Source: Azolla caroliniana
Taxonomy: Eukaryota; Plantae; Polypodiophyta
Length of the DNA stretch: 64,000 nucleotides
Direction: 5' to 3'
Assembly (NCBI GenBank): GCA_043228905.1
Contig: JBHGNT010000011.1
Location: 7,316,001 to 7,380,000, forward strand
Numbering within the stretch: the first letter of the stretch is position 1; every line of letters starts with the position of its first letter. A model generated the notes under the pieces. The model was not told where the DNA came from. It ran no database searches and was given only the letters and a program-made list of their open reading frames with translations. Shown here one piece after another: positions 1 through 11,911 of this stretch. A program made the translations under genes and the position numbers.

Positions 1-1077
1 CTCGACATATTACCAAAAAGGCACTATACATTACTTATTGCTGATATACCGTACGGATTCTGGATCACGGGTTCCATGTTCGATGATGTGCCTTTCAAGT
101 ACCCCCAGATTGAGAAGATGGTAAAGGACTTCGTAGAGTTGACCTTAGCACCATTGTGGAGGATAGTCATATTTCATAGCATGGGTCAATCATTGTCAGT
201 CACAACTGCTTTAAAGTCACGATGTCATGCAACAGAGCATATGCATTGGTGAGTTATACGTTGTTTTTTGATAATATTCTCTTAGATATGTGGTTTATAT
301 ATGTTCCATTCAAATTTTAACTCATTTGTTTTGGGTTCAATAGGATTAAAACAAATATTACACGTAGCCCTGGCGATCGTATGGTTAGTGCAGTTGAGCA
401 TCTTAGTGTGGGTTATTATGATGTAATAACGAAGAAGAAGGCTCGGGCACACGTTAATGAAAGAAACGTTGTAAATTATATAATGTGCCCAGCTGTGACA
501 AAGAAGCTTCGACATGTATCAGGTGAAAAGAGCCTTGTGAACCCTTATCAAAAACCTCAAAGATTGATCAACCGCTTAATCGAGCTCTTCTCAAACCCAG
601 ATGATTGGGTTCTGGATTTGTTCTCTGGCACAGGTATATGTAATATAATTTTAGTCTCGTTAATTTGATTAAGTTATAGACTTTCATTATTATTTTGACT
701 TCTGCACTTCTATTTTACGATCAGGTACTACTACAGCTTGTGCATTAAAAATGTTCAGAAACTGTGTCGCGTTGGAGAAGGACCCTGAACAAGTTAACTA
801 CATCAAAATGAGGATCCAAGGAATCTGGGATTGTCCGGATCAAGATCAAGAAGTCAGAGCGAAGCACATCAATGAAACAGAGAGGTTTCAGATGACTTCA
901 AGAGAGCCAATGGAACCTATAGATGAAGTCGCAGGGGACCTTGTGGACCTAGAAGATGTAATAGAATTTGAACATATGCATGGTTCAGCGGAGCAAACAA
1001 TCAATGCTACAGAGGACAATTTAGAAGAGTCCATTCATCCAGAAGAGCCCACATTGCCTGACTTGCTTATAGATTGA
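1..1077 (+). CDS. Spliced beta-class amino (N6-adenine/N4-cytosine) DNA methyltransferase, 5' part outside window; exons <1-248, 344-633, 725-1077
   Basis: Frame 1 reads LDILPKRHYTLLIADIPYGF (motif IV, DPPY-like) ...MH-W. A GT-AG intron (249-343, donor GTGAGT) joins in frame to W-IKTN...NPYQKPQRLINRLIELFSNPDDWVLDLFSGT-G. A second GT-AG intron (634-724) joins in frame to G-TTTACALKMFRNCVALEKDPEQVNYIKMRI, an acidic tail and TGA at 1075-1077. The 296 visible codons have no stop or frameshift. Catalytic motif before FxGxG gives the beta-class order of the N6_N4_Mtase family. Confidence 0.88.
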
Positions 1078-1778
1078 TTTCTATGGTTAGGTGTATTATT
1101 TGAACGATATTAAATGATAGACATTGACTTGTGACTATTGTTTCATTTGAACACAATTAAAACTTAAAGTTTGAGTTTATTTGGCAAAGTGTATAATTTG
1201 AATGGTATTAATGTTTTACATGTTCTTCAACCTTTCTTTGGAAAGTCTGCAAGGGTTTTTATAGATGATTTTGGCCATCAATAGTGCAAGGATGGGTCAT
1301 CTAGAAACGTTGTGTGCGGATAATCTTTAGTATTTGATTTATGTATAATTTGACTAAGTCTATAATTTTAAGGGTATTAAATGTTTATCTTTGACTTCTA
1401 CCTTCTAGAGTTATAACACTATTAAGTTTTAAAGTTTGACATATTATATGTGATTATATTATAAAATTAGCATCTATGTGATTCTTGGCGTGGGCAACTA
1501 TTTTTATCTTCGCCACAATTACGGTTCAAATGATTAAAGTTGCATATAATTCCATTCCGTTAATTTAGAATTTCACCAAAAACATGACATATGAAATATA
1601 AGACTATTGATTTTCTTGACATAAAATTATTTAGTTGAAATTTTTGCTATGTTTTAAGGAACCATGTACGCATGCGTGGTACCTTTTTGAAATTCTGCTA
1701 AAATAAGGCATATTTTAACATCTCCTCAAGATGTGAAAAAGAGAATGCGACATATTACCTGTTTCAAATGTCCTGGTG

Positions 1779-2218
1779 TTACATGATGTAACGGGTGATA
1801 ACGGCCTCCCTCCTTGGGCTATAAAAGAGAGGGAGAGGTTTTGTCAAAGGGATCACGTTTTGTAGAGGAGAAAGTGTTGCCGGACTAGAACCGAGCTCTT
1901 CTCCTCTGTCTTCTCCATAGTCGTTCTGTGCAAGTTTCGGGAGTCTCCATCTCGCGTTCTGTGTGTGTGTGTGTGTGCAGGCGTCAGAGCCTGTCACTCG
2001 CCGGTTGGCCGGTTGTAACTCCTCGATATACATATATATATATACATTCGTTCTGTCTCCATTGCTGAGGGCTAGTCGCAACTCCTGTGAATTGGTGTGT
2101 CTATGCCCGTGCGAAGCACATTCGTAGTTTCCTTCCCCTCTTCTCATTAGGTGATTTCTCGGTGCAAGGCCCCCATGGTTCCGCCTCGTTCTCCACGCAC
2201 ACACGTAACTACGCAACA
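1779..2218 (+). mobile_element. Truncated LTR (3' portion) of the Trp-primed gypsy family
   Basis: Reverse complement resembles the LTRs at 2895 and 9489 (tgttgcgtagttacgtgtgtgcgtggagaacgaggcgg; ggagggaggccgttatc). It ends in CA at 2218 followed by copia RT sequence, has a TATA-like ctataaaag near 1820, and homology stops abruptly at 1779. Confidence 0.8.
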
Positions 2219-3343
2219 CCGTGTTCCTACACTGTGACTTCGAAGAAGAGATGTACATGTAAAACCGGAGGGATTTGTCAAGAAAGGGAAGGAGCACCTA
2301 GTGTGCCGGTTGAAGAAGAGCTTATATAGACTGGAGCAAGCTCCGCGGCAATGGTACCGAAAGTTTAACTCCTTCATGACCGATCAGGGATACCACAAGA
2401 CATAGACCAACCACTTCATATTCGTGAAGAAATTTGACGGAGGTGGCTTCCTGATACTTCTACTGTATGTGGATGACATGCTGATCGTTGGACCGGACCG
2501 GATTAAAATCAGAAATTTGAAGAAGGCCGTGAACCAGACCTTCTCAATGAAGATCTAGGTCCAGCGAGATAGATTTTTGGGATGCACATAATCCGGAACC
2601 GATCGAAGAAGCAGTTGTGGTTGTCATAGGAAAAGTACTTGACAAAGGTGCTTCAAAGGTTCAACATGTTGGATGCGAAGCCGATCGGGTCGATACTTCT
2701 GGCAAATTGTGAACTGTCTGGAAAGTAAAGTGTGAAGACCAAGATGGAGAAGTAAGAGATGTTGAAGATACCATATGCCATTGCCATCGGAAGCTTAATG
2801 TACGCAATGGTGTGTACCCAGCCAAATATCAGATATGCAATCGGAGTGCCCAACATAATCATGAGCAATCCGGGAAGAGAACACTGGACCGCGGTGTCGC
2901 GTTGTTACACGCGTGCGTGGGGAACGAGGCGGGACCACCGAGGTCTTGGACCGAGAAATAGAGGAGAAGGAGGAGAACAGAAAAGCGACGGACGCACTTT
3001 CACACGCACAAACACGGGAGCACACAGGAATCACAGTCCAACGACACAGCGAAACGAGACGACTAGGAGTCCGGGTATATGAATGTATATATATCAAGAC
3101 AGTTACAATTAACAGGCCGACAAGGCGAACACCAACGCCTGTTCACTCACACACACAGAAAAGCGAGATGGAAACTCTGCCGGAAGCACACGGGCGTTCC
3201 GCGGAGCAGAGTCAGCCTCCTGAAAACCTTCGCAAAAAAAGGGCTATGGAGAGTGGTAGAGGAGAAGGGCTCAGTCCCAGTCCGGCAGCACTTCGTCCTC
3301 TCTAATGCGCGATATCTTTTTCATTCTTCTCCCTCTCTTTTAT

Positions 3344-3758
3344 AGCTCAAGGAGGGAGGCCGTTATCAACCGTTATATCATATTAATTTTCTGTCCTTTC
3401 GGACAGAGATACACCTCGATTCTCTCCCTATTAAATGCGTGCTACCTAGGATTTCACCTCAGCCAACTTGTACCTACCTACTTACTATATAACAGAAAGT
3501 GTGCTCGCGTGTAAGAGCCGGTTTACACACGCTATACTCGAATTCCACCTAGTTCAAGGAGGGAGGCCATTATCAGCCGTTACATCACATTAATTCTCTA
3601 TCCTTTCGGACAGAGATATACCTCTATTCTCTCCCTATTAAATGTGTGCTACCTAGGATTTCACCTCAGCCGACTTGTACCTACCTACTTACTATACAAC
3701 AGAAAGTGTGCTCGCGTGTAAGAGCCGGTTTACACACGCTATACTCGGATTCCGCCTA
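3344..3758. repeat. About 207-bp tandem duplication inside the LTR (also 9944-10358 in the other LTR)
   Basis: The unit beginning ag(c/t)tcaaggagggaggcc recurs at 3344/3551 and 9944/10151. Confidence 0.9.
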
Positions 3759-3854
3759 GGGACAGTTTTCTTCACGACATCCGCCCCCACCTAACCGTGC
3801 ATCCCCCAGTATGCGCCAAAATTGGGCTCTTGCTGGAGAAAACCGGCCCTAGCT

Positions 3855-6800
3855 TTACTCCTCGTCTTCCGGATCGTCATCCGCCTCAGACCGTCCGTCA
3901 TCGCCGTCCATGCTTTCCAGATCCGGCTCGCACTCATGTCGTTTCTTAAACGCTTTGACCCTCTTCCCCGCTACCGGTATTGCCATCCCTGTACCGTCGA
4001 GCTCTGCAAGATGGTAGGTCCCATTGTCGTTGGCGCTTGTCACCACATAAGGCCCGAACCACCTCCTTGCAAACTTCCGCGTTGCCTTGTGCTGGTTGTC
4101 GAGGCTGTTGTCATACACTAGGACCTAGTCTCCTTCCTCGATTTTCTTCGGTCGCAGTCGGTGAGTCCGGTCAAACCGCCCTTTGTTCTTCAACCTTGCC
4201 AATCGAAGCTTCTCCGCGGCTCGTTCCACGTCCTCCGGCCTTCACTCGAGCTGTCGAATCCATGCCGCCAGCAACTCCTCCCAGCTCATCTCGTCCTTCC
4301 AGTCTACTGCCACCCACGAGGAAACCGTCCGTTCCACCAGCATGATCGGCTTTTGTCCATACATCAGCTCTGCCGGCATAAACCCTGTCACCGAACTGTG
4401 CGTAGTTCGGTCTGCCATAGTGCGTAAGGAAGGAGCTGCGGCCAATTCCCGACCTGCCCTCCGCATGCACGCACTAACGCCTTTACGATCGGCCCGTGCC
4501 CATGTTCTACCTTCCCATTCGCCTCCGGATTGTACGTCGTAGTGAGGGAGAGTTTGACCCCTAGCCGGTCGAACAGCTCCTCGGCTTCCCGCGCATCCAG
4601 CTCTCCCCAGTCCGCCACGATCTTCCCGACGCACCCATACCGACACACCACCTCTTCGATCAGGAACCGACATACCGCCGCGATTGTCTTGTTCTGTAGT
4701 GCACGACCTTCCACCTGGTTCGTTAAGTCTTCCCGTGCAAGCACCAGGTATTGCATCTGTCCTACCCCCATCGGCATTGTCACCAAGTCCACCATCCACT
4801 TGAAATGGACCGTAGGTGGGTAGTTCGGGTGTAGCTCGTCCCGGTGCCGAACTACGGAGTGCATCTGACAGCTCTCGCAAGTCGTTACGAACCAATGCAC
4901 GTCCTGGTACAACCCCGGCCACTAGTACTTCCCTTTTAGCTTCTTGAATATGGCCCAGCCCAGGGACTCTCGTGAAATGCCGCCAGTAGTTCCTCCTGTT
5001 CTTCTTTCTTTGCCACCACTCAGAGCGGGACGCCGTCCCCCTTCTTCGGGTGCTTCCATATGTACCCGTCCCAAAGGAAGAATCGGTACGCTTTCTTCCG
5101 GATCCGGTTGGCCTCTTCCTTTGTCCACGCCGCGTCCGGTGTCATTGTTTTCAGGAGCCCGCCGATCTGGAGCCACTCCCCGTCATACTTGCTCTCGTCG
5201 AATTCGTTAAGCGTTGGAGTGCTCCCCTTTCTGGTTGTCATGTATGCCGCCTCGAAGAAATCTACGCCGACTTCCTCGTCCTCCGAAACCATGCCACCCT
5301 TGTTTTCGAACCTCGCCCTTGAGAGCATGTTGGCCATGGCATTGTGTTTTCTGGAAATGTGTGGTATTTCCGGATCCAGGGACTTGATGTACGCTATCCA
5401 CCTAAGCATTGCCAGGTCCGGCGTCGCGCATCCGGAAACCATGCCGAGAATCGACAGGCAGTCCGTCTCGATTATTACCTCTGTCCCAATAAGATAGTCT
5501 TTATCAGCCTTCACCGCCGAAACGATACCCCAGAGTTTGCGTTTAACCTGGGCGTATCCTCGTTTTCGCTCACTGAGGACCTTCGTGCCGAACCGGATGG
5601 GGAACCTTGTGCCAACGTCATCCTCTTTGTTGATCACCCACCCGATCCCGGTCGGGTGTCCACCGTCACGTAGATGGGGACGGCCTTGCCGTAAGCTGCT
5701 TTACGGAGAGCTGGTGCTACCGTAAGCGCCTCCTTTAGTCTCCGGACTGACTCCATGTGCTCCGTCCTCCACTCGAACCTACGCCCTTTCTTCAATAACC
5801 CGTATAGCGGCTCCGCAACATGCGTGTAGTGCGGAATCCAGATGTGCTAGAACGCGCACGCCCCCAAGAATCTGCGGACCTCCGTAACCGACTCGTAGTC
5901 GTCCTTCATCGCGGAGATGGCTTCTACCTTTGCCGGAGACGGTTTCCTACCGTAAGGCCCGCACAAGTGTCCGACCACCAAGATCTCTGACTGCCCGAAC
6001 GCCGATTTTTCTCCGGAGGAGGTGAGCCTCGCACCTTCTAGTCTCCGCAACACCTTCTCGCTGTCATCGATGTGAGTCGCCACAAAATTCCGACATCCGT
6101 CCGGTCCGATTGTCTCGTCCTTTTCCTCCACCAGGCATCCCCTAATCGAGATGTCATCTAAGAATGGCATGGTGATGTCCGGGATACAATCCCTGAGCAC
6201 TTTGTTCATCGCATTCACCATGTGAGCCATCGAGTTCGTCCCTCCTTGTGGTAGGGTACACATCCGCACTAGGCCGAGAGGAGTCCGCATCGTCGTAATG
6301 TCTCTGCTCTCCGCGGCTAGTTGGAACTGATCGTACCCCGAGTACAGATCACCGATAGAGTAAATCGACCTTCCGGTGAAGGCCTCCGCGAACTTGTCTA
6401 TGGTCGGTCCGATTCCTGCATTACAGATGGTCACCTTGTTGACTAGTTGCAGGTCCTGAATGAAGCGCAGCATGTCGTTCTTCTTCGGCACCGTAAACCA
6501 TCGATTCGAATACGGGGCACTCGACAGTTCGAGGATGCCCATCTCCACCTTTTTCTTCAGAAGCTCCATCAACTTCGGGATGTGAGCTCTCGGCACCAGA
6601 ATCGGTTTGAGATTCCACAGTACATGCGGTACCGTGAAGATCACCATCGGTTCGACGATCATCGGGTCCACGCACCCGATCTCCTCCAGTGAGAACGCGA
6701 AGGTTTTCCCATGCCTTCCGAGCATTCTCCGAAACTTGTTCTCCTCTGCCGGCAGTAGAAAGCCACCCCCACCGACCTTGAGCTCCCGTAGCGTTATGTC

Positions 6801-9471
6801 GGTGAACCGGTGCCCTATGCCAACCGGATTTCGTAAACTTGGGTCCGACGCGACCCCTTTTATCCACTTCTCGCTGCCCTCTGGCAAGGGTGTCGCGACC
6901 GGCCTTACCTTCCGGTCCATAGTCTTGTACTTTGTACTCACGCGGGCCATCCGATCCGACCTGATCCTTTCCCCGAAGTCTGCGATGACTTCGTACATTC
7001 CCATTGAACCTACCGGAACGGTCCGGTCTTCTCTAAGGTCTTCACCGATCACCTTTCGCAACTCGCCCAAGGTGTCGTCAAAAGAGACCGCCTCCACAGC
7101 TCCACAGATTTCTTCGTTGGGGGAGAGGACTCTGCATCCCTTGAGCCGCTCCTCTGCTCGCTTCCTTTCCCGGCCGTTGACGCCGGCCATAGTACAACCA
7201 CTGTTGTCGGAGAACCAAAATTTCCTACCTATGGTAGATGTCTTCTTCCGTACTGTACATTTGTGGGGTTTTTCCAGGGTGTCTGGACTATCACGGCCCC
7301 ACGCCTTGATAGCCCTCTCTAAAACTCCCCTCGGGTTTCGCCACCGAGGGTCTCGCGGTTACGCCCATGATTTGGTTGCACCGTCAAGAACTGGACCGAG
7401 TGACGCCCGTCCTGGCTCTTGACTCTCGCGTAGGCCGAACCGTTGTCCAGCACCTTGGTCTCCATTCATGCCGCCATGCTATATGGTTCTCCTAGTATAA
7501 CCGGATGCGAGGACGTCTCCTGCACGAAGAAGTGTTGGTCGATCTCGACATCGCCGATTTTCACCCGTACGTTCGGGCAGGCTCCATGTAGTTCTTCCGT
7601 AGCGCGTGTCACTGCCCGTATTTTCCAACCGTGTTTGGTGTTGATCGGCCATATCCCCCTTTTGTAGAAGTCCATGGACATCAAGTTGATTTCTGAACCG
7701 TGGTCCACCAACGCCACCACCGGCTCCTGGACATCCCCGACCTTAACAGGGGTCTCCGTGGTCGCTCTGGCCCAATGGGGCCTCGAGTAGTGGCTCTCCG
7801 CCAACTCGTCTTCTAGCGCCATGTCCTCTATGTGCGTCGTCCGCACTTCCACCGGCTTCTTCGGCTCTGGCTCCGTCGACAACCTCTTCCTCTTCACCAA
7901 GTCTACGATGGAGTCGTGGAACTCCTTCTTGGTGATCCCGAGTATTTCCCTCAACGATAGTTCCACTTTGCTATCGAGGATACGTTCCTCTAGGACCTTT
8001 CATAGGTTTGTGGTCCTTTCGATTTCTGTGCTCAACCGGTACCTGGCCTTCTTGGCTTTATCCGGTGCGCCGGCCGCACCGGCCTCATTCTGCCTTTGGC
8101 TGAATCGGGTCTTGTACTGTTGCGAGGGCCCGGCCCCTTCGGTTTTACCTGCTCGCTTGTCTTCCACCAGAGCCTTGTAGTTCTGGCATGCGGCTTCAAC
8201 GAAGCCTGTCTTCTCTTCGACTGGGTTGCTCCACCCGGTTACCTCCCGGACCCGTTTTCCCGCGCAGTCCGCTTCTTCTTTCCTTAGCCGTGCGCCGGCG
8301 AGGCCTTCCAGCATCAGCGGCCAGAATCCGGCTTCGGTCGTCTTCCGGGCCTCACCACCTCCGACCCGGATCCCAGCCGACGCCGAGTAGTGGACGGTCT
8401 CCACGTGGCGAGCCGCTGCTTCTTCCATCAGTTGTTTCATTCCCCCTCGTCCGACATTCAGGTCCAGGGCCCTTTGGGTCTCGCTAGCGTGTACCCGACC
8501 ATTCCATAGGTACACCACGTTGGCTCTCATTGCCTAGGCGAAGTCCCCGCAGTCCTTTCGGTCGTGGCCGACCGCGTCGCACCACAAACACCGGTTTTCA
8601 GATAGAGGCCTTCGGTCACGGGCCTGTTCGTCGTCGTCCCTCCATGCCTGTGCAATCTGGAGGTCCTTTACCATCCTAGTCAGCTCCTCCAGAGCTGCTC
8701 CTCCGGACGAGCCTTTGAACATGCCCGTCGAAGTCGATCCGGTCTCGAGCCAGTCTCAGGTCTCTTCCCTTCGTGCTGGCGGGGTTGGCTCGAGCTTCCT
8801 CGCTGCTAAAGAGCCCGCCCATGTTGATCCTTTATCGACCCACTCTCATTGTTTGTCGAAATGGCCACAGATTCTCTTCACCATGGCCCAGTCGGCCGTC
8901 AGCCCGTCATCAGTCTCCAGCAGGAGACCCACTTGCTCCCGGTCCCTCGCATCCACCGACTTAACGAACAACAGGATACGACTTATGTCTAGTACAGTCC
9001 GGTCGAGCGCGGGAAGATGCGCGAAGCGTTCTTCAAACTCCCGGAGGAGCACCGACGCGTTTCTCCCCTTTTCAGGGGTCTCTACCCATTCCATGAATGT
9101 TGTTTTGAGAGCTGAAGCACATCATCAAGCCCGTATTTTTCGAGGAGTCGACCTTCAAACTCTTCCCAGGTCCGGCTCTTAGCCCGTACCTCGAGCACCT
9201 CCGCATGGATGCCCGACATTGCCACTCGAGGGAATCCGGTCAATCGCCTTTCTTCTGGAATGTCTCTCATTACCATTTCGGCCCGGTAGGCCTCCAAATA
9301 GCTCGTGGCGTCCTTCCCACCGAACCGGCCTATCGTGCTGAAAACCGCTTCAATAGCCCTATCGAGGGCGCTTGCGCCTTCCCGCACACTCACTATCCGA
9401 TCCACAGCCGAAGCCATGGCTTTTGCGAGATCCGACCCCCTCATCTTTCTACTCCTCTGCCGCCTGTTCAT
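3855..9471 (-). pseudogene. gag-pol of the gypsy element, broken by stops and frameshifts
   Basis: Zinc knuckle CLWCDAVGHDRKDC (about 8545-8590); protease ALVDHGSEIN; RT LPQGGTNS...PFLDD; RNaseH IIETDC; integrase CESCQ, WMVDLV, YNPEANGKVE; GPY-type motif WFGPYVV. Confidence 0.92.
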
Positions 9472-9484
9472 GTCGGGTTCACCA
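9467..9484 (-). other. Primer binding site complementary to the tRNA-Trp 3' end
   Basis: Minus strand TGGTGAACCCGACATGAA matches the complement of the plant tRNA-Trp 3' end as I recall it (TTCACGTCGGGTTCACCA) with one CpG transition, 4 nt from the LTR. A similar PBS is at 41520-41537. Confidence 0.8.
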
Positions 9485-11473
9485 AAAATGTTGCGTTGTT
9501 ACACGCGTGCATGGGGAACGAGGCAGGACCACCGGGGTCTTGGACCGAGAAATAGCGGAGAAGGAGGAGGAGGAGAACGGAAAAGCGACGGACGCACTTG
9601 CACACGCACAGAGACGGGAGCACACAGGGATCACAGTCCAACGATACAGCGAAACGAGACGACTAGGAGTCCGGGTATATGAATGTATATATATCAAGAC
9701 GATTACAATTAACAGGCTGGCAAGGCGAACACTGACGCCTGTTCACTCACACACACAGAAGAGCGAGATGGAGACTCTACCGGAAGCACACGGGCGTTCC
9801 GCGGAGCAGAGTCAGCCTCCCGAAAACCTTCGCAAACAAAGGGCTATGGAGAGTGGCAGAGGAGAAGGGCTCGGTCCCAGTCCAGTAGCACTTCTTCCTC
9901 TCTAACGCGCGATATCTTTTTCATTCTTCTCCCTCCCTTTTATAGCTCAAGGAGGGAGGCCGTTATCAGCCATTACATCACATTAATTCTCTGTCCTTTC
10001 GGACAGAGATACACCTCGATTCTCTCCCTATTAAATGCGTGCTACCTAGGATTTCACCTTAGCCGACTTGTACCTACCTACTTACTATACAACGGAAAGT
10101 GTGCTCGCATGTAAGAGCCGGTTTACACACGGTATACTCGGATTCCGCCTAGCTCAAGGAGGGAGGCCGTTATCAACCATTACATCACATTAATTCTCTG
10201 TCCTTTCGGACAGAGATACACCTCGATTCTCTCCCTATTAAATGCGTGCTACCTAGGATTTCACCTCAGCCGACTTGTACCTACCTACTTACTATACAAC
10301 AGAAAGTGTGCTCGCATGTAAGAGTCGGTTTACACATGCTATACTCGGATTCCGCCTAGGGACGGTTTTCTTCACGACAGCGGTCAAGTGGATACTCCGA
10401 TACTTGAAAAGCACCTCGAGTATGTGCCTCCAATTCGGCTCAGGTAAACCGCAACTTGAAGGATTCACGGATTTAGATATGTCGGTTGATGCAGATACCA
10501 ACCAGTCTACATCCGGATATGTCATGACCTATGCAGGAGGAATTGTATCGTGGCAGTCGAGGCTGCAAAAGTCTGTTGCACTGTCGACAACGGAAGTGGA
10601 GTATATGGCAATCGTGGAAGTTGGCAAAGAGGTAATCTAGATGAAGGACTTCATCGGAGAATTAGGGATCCGGTAGGAGGAATTCTAGCTCTACTGCAAC
10701 AGTTGAAGTGCCATCCACCTTGCGAAGAACATGGTCTACCATTCCCAGACCAAGCACATCCAGAGGAGATATCATTGGCTCTAGGAGAAGGTTAAGATAA
10801 AGAGCTTTTTGCTAACAAAGATCCATATGGAGGAGAATGGGTTAGACATGCTGACCAAGGTGATGTCAGCAGACAAGCTGGACGTGTGCCGGAGATGGAT
10901 CGGACTGACGAGACATCCCATGTCGGAGTGAAGGGGGAGTTTGTTAGGAAACAGGTCCCTCTAGATGGGATCCGGATGTGCCGGATCGGACAAGCCGAAG
11001 GAAGGAACCAGACCGGATGGATCTAGAAGGAGTCCGGCCGGATCCGGTATTAACCAGCAAATAAGAACATATTAGTAAATATGATCAGACGTGACCGTTG
11101 AGGTCATATTTGTAAATAACCCTAAAGTTATATAACTATAAATATAACTAGGGCAATAACGTTCATTATGATGATTGTTATCATTATTGTTGTATAGAGA
11201 TACAAAGAGATAGAGAGCGCGAGAGACACACATAAAGTTTTCTGTTGTAACCACCGGTTGCTGAAGACAGAGCTCGAGGTCGTTGCCTTAGAGTCTCCCA
11301 TTGTATCTTTCCTCTCATAGTGATAGTTAGAGTCAGTGGGCTCCCGTGGTTTTTCCCTTTTAGGGTTTTCGACGTTAACATTCGGTGTCGTCTCGTTCTG
11401 TAGTGTTTAAGAGTCGGTTGTGGCCGAGAACTATTCCGCACACTCATAACAGAGGATCAAGATGCAATATGTA

Positions 11474-11720
11474 GGTGCGCGCGCACACACACACACACAC
11501 ATACATAGGCATACGTACATACATACATAGATAGGCATATGTACGTGCATACATAGGAATACATACAATATACATAGGCATATGGGCATAATACATACAT
11601 AGGCATCATACGTCCATGCATATGTGCATAAATGCATATGTATGTATTATACGATCTAAATATCCATGGATACGCGTATGTATACATTTTAGAAGCTGTA
11701 TGGATGGGTGTATGTGTTGG
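11474..11720. repeat. (CA)n and degenerate (TACA)n/(TATG)n simple repeats
   Basis: Directly visible low-complexity purine-pyrimidine alternation. Confidence 0.85.
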
Positions 11721-11911
11721 GAATGCATAACATGTATTTTTATACCAAACAACATACATACAGAGAAATACGTCCATTTGTAGCTGGCATGGAGACGAGC
11801 CCGCCTTTGCATACACAGTTAACAGCTAACTGCCATGGATTTAGTGTGTGGAAGCTGGTGGATTTTGGCTAGAAGACCAGAGAGAGAAGAAGAAGGTATA
11901 CACACATATAC

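Larger units (their letters stand above)
2895..10379 (-). mobile_element. Full-length degenerate Ty3/gypsy LTR retrotransposon, tRNA-Trp primed, 4-bp TSD GCGG
   Basis: LTRs 2895-3779 and 9489-10379 (TG...CA). TSD GCGG at 2891-2894 and 10380-10383. PBS 9467-9484; purine-rich PPT next to 3780. Domain order gag-PR-RT-RH-INT on the minus strand. Confidence 0.95.
2219..11451 (+). mobile_element. Ty1/copia element A, 3' part (degenerate RT-RNaseH, PPT, 3' LTR 10942-11451), split by the gypsy insertion 2895-10379
   Basis: Shows VFLHCDFEEEMYM, LLLYVDDMLI, GSLMYAMVCT and EHWTA|VKWILRYLK rejoined across the insertion, then SWQSRLQKSVALSTTEVEY. PPT gaagggggag at 10930-10939. The TG...CA LTR resembles the copia F LTR. 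Confidence 0.85.

Noticed and set aside
1-1077. Bacterial contamination as the source of the methyltransferase
   Set aside because: The frame needs two spliceosomal GT-AG introns and is contiguous with plant retroelements.
381-1077. ORFs 381-668 and 751-1077 as separate small genes
   Set aside because: They are exons 2 and 3 of one spliced gene.
9467-9484. tRNA-Trp gene
   Set aside because: Only the 18-nt 3' end is present, next to an LTR, so it is a primer binding site (same at 41520-41537).
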